NCBI GenBank assembly: GCA_013298945.1
Contig: JAAFJR010000008.1
Location: forward strand, 17,293 to 81,292
DNA: 64,000 nucleotides
Direction: 5' to 3'
Source of the DNA: Polaromonas sp.
GTDB taxonomy: Bacteria > Pseudomonadota > Gammaproteobacteria > Burkholderiales > Burkholderiaceae_C
The notes beneath the pieces are model-generated. The model made no database searches. It saw only the letters and a program-made list of their open reading frames with translations, and was not told the DNA's origin. Both the position numbers and the translations under genes were made by a program. Positions 63,369-64,000 of the stretch are shown piece after piece (position 1 is the stretch's first letter; each line of letters begins with the position of its first letter).

Positions 63369-64000
63369 ATGTTATTCCATTCTTCAGTTCGCAAAGAATT
63401 AAGCCGCACATTTGGCGCATCGTTGGTGGTGTTAATCACCGTGGTGATGACCATGATGCTGATTCGCGTGCTGTTTTTAGCCAACAAAGGCCGCGTCAAC
63501 CCCACGGATGTGCTGCTTATCATGGGCTATTTCGTCTTGGGGCATTTGCCGACGATTTTGACGCTTTGCCTGTTTATCGCCATCGTCGTCGCACTGTCGC
63601 GCATGCACAGCGACAGCGAAATGGTGATTTGGAATGCCAGCGGACGGGGTTTGACAGGTTTTATTAGCCCTTTGGTGGGTTTTGCGTGGCCAATTTGTGT
63701 GGCGATTGCCGTTTTGGCACTTGTCGTTTGGCCGTGGTCCAACGAGCAAGCGCAAAACATGCGCACCAGATTTGAGCAGCGTAGCGACTTAGACCGCATA
63801 ACGCCGGGCACGTTTCAAGAATCAGCCAACGGTAGCCGTGTGTTTTTTATTGACAAACAAGACGACAAACCTGCAAATACCAAAGGTGTGAATGACGCTA
63901 AGGGCTCCAAAGCTAAAAAGCAAAGCGTAGCGTCGTTAAAAGTTGATGGCGATGACAAGTTATCGGCAGAAGTGGAGCAATTCGCCAACAGCCGCAGCAA
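63369..64000 (+). CDS. lptF: LPS export ABC permease LptF, N-terminal ~210 codons (runs off the right edge)
   Basis: Not in the ORF track because it has no in-window stop. ATG at 63369 gives MLFHSSVRKELSRTFGASLVVLITVVMTMMLIRVL..., a YjgP/LptF-type N-terminus. Divergent from pepA. Confidence 0.8.
   Translation, partial: MLFHSSVRKELSRTFGASLVVLITVVMTMMLIRVLFLANKGRVNPTDVLLIMGYFVLGHLPTILTLCLFIAIVVALSRMHSDSEMVIWNASGRGLTGFISPLVGFAWPICVAIAVLALVVWPWSNEQAQNMRTRFEQRSDLDRITPGTFQESANGSRVFFIDKQDDKPANTKGVNDAKGSKAKKQSVASLKVDGDDKLSAEVEQFANSRS

Overview
This 64 kb window looks like a betaproteobacterial (Burkholderiales-like) chromosome; that assignment is inferred from gene content. Most of it is housekeeping and metabolic genes at mid to high GC.

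Gene content, left to right:
- Left flank: a methylmalonyl-CoA mutase 5' portion that is missing from the ORF track, a GntR regulator, an EamA transporter and dusA.
- About 4.6-20.2 kb: a markedly AT-rich Wzx/Wzy-type exopolysaccharide island. It also carries an HD-GYP/GGDEF gene pair, a decayed receiver pseudogene and an orphan Hpt gene.
- Core genes: SIMPL protein, ompR-envZ, ispF, rhlE, a class II aldolase, an HD-domain protein, chaA, a DUF924 protein and tex.
- 32.2-38.0 kb: a six-gene locus described below.
- sdaA-ltaE-dadA with a divergent ArgP-like LysR regulator, two orphan LivK-type binding proteins, a DUF1223 protein, blc and tRNA-Ser(GGA).
- A large nitrate-assimilation supercluster: nasA-nirD-nirB, a PP2C/Ser-Thr kinase fusion, a truncated haemoglobin, narK, nasFED and nasT. 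It has three sigma-54 type promoters and an ANTAR-type leader.
- Right flank: holC, pepA and the start of lptF.

Two things stand out.
1. The 32.2-38.0 kb locus is organised like a curli (type VIII) secretion system, but its cargo is unrelated to curlin. It has a divergent LuxR-type response regulator behind a 612 bp AT-rich intergenic region. It encodes two paralogous secreted proteins, each built from three 39-aa Q/N/S/T-rich repeats ending in a CxxC tail. It also encodes a small secreted protein, a CsgG-like lipoprotein fused to a peptidoglycan-binding module and a DUF4384-like module, and a Sel1-repeat protein.
2. A 48 bp dispersed repeat occurs 11 times in the window. Six copies sit in frame inside coding sequences (SIMPL, Tex, DadA, DUF1223, and PepA twice). 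Every genic copy carries CAG or GAG at the position where four of the five intergenic copies carry TAG.

I found no integrase, transposase, CRISPR array or rRNA. All calls come from reading the sequence and the ORF translations by eye; no searches were run.
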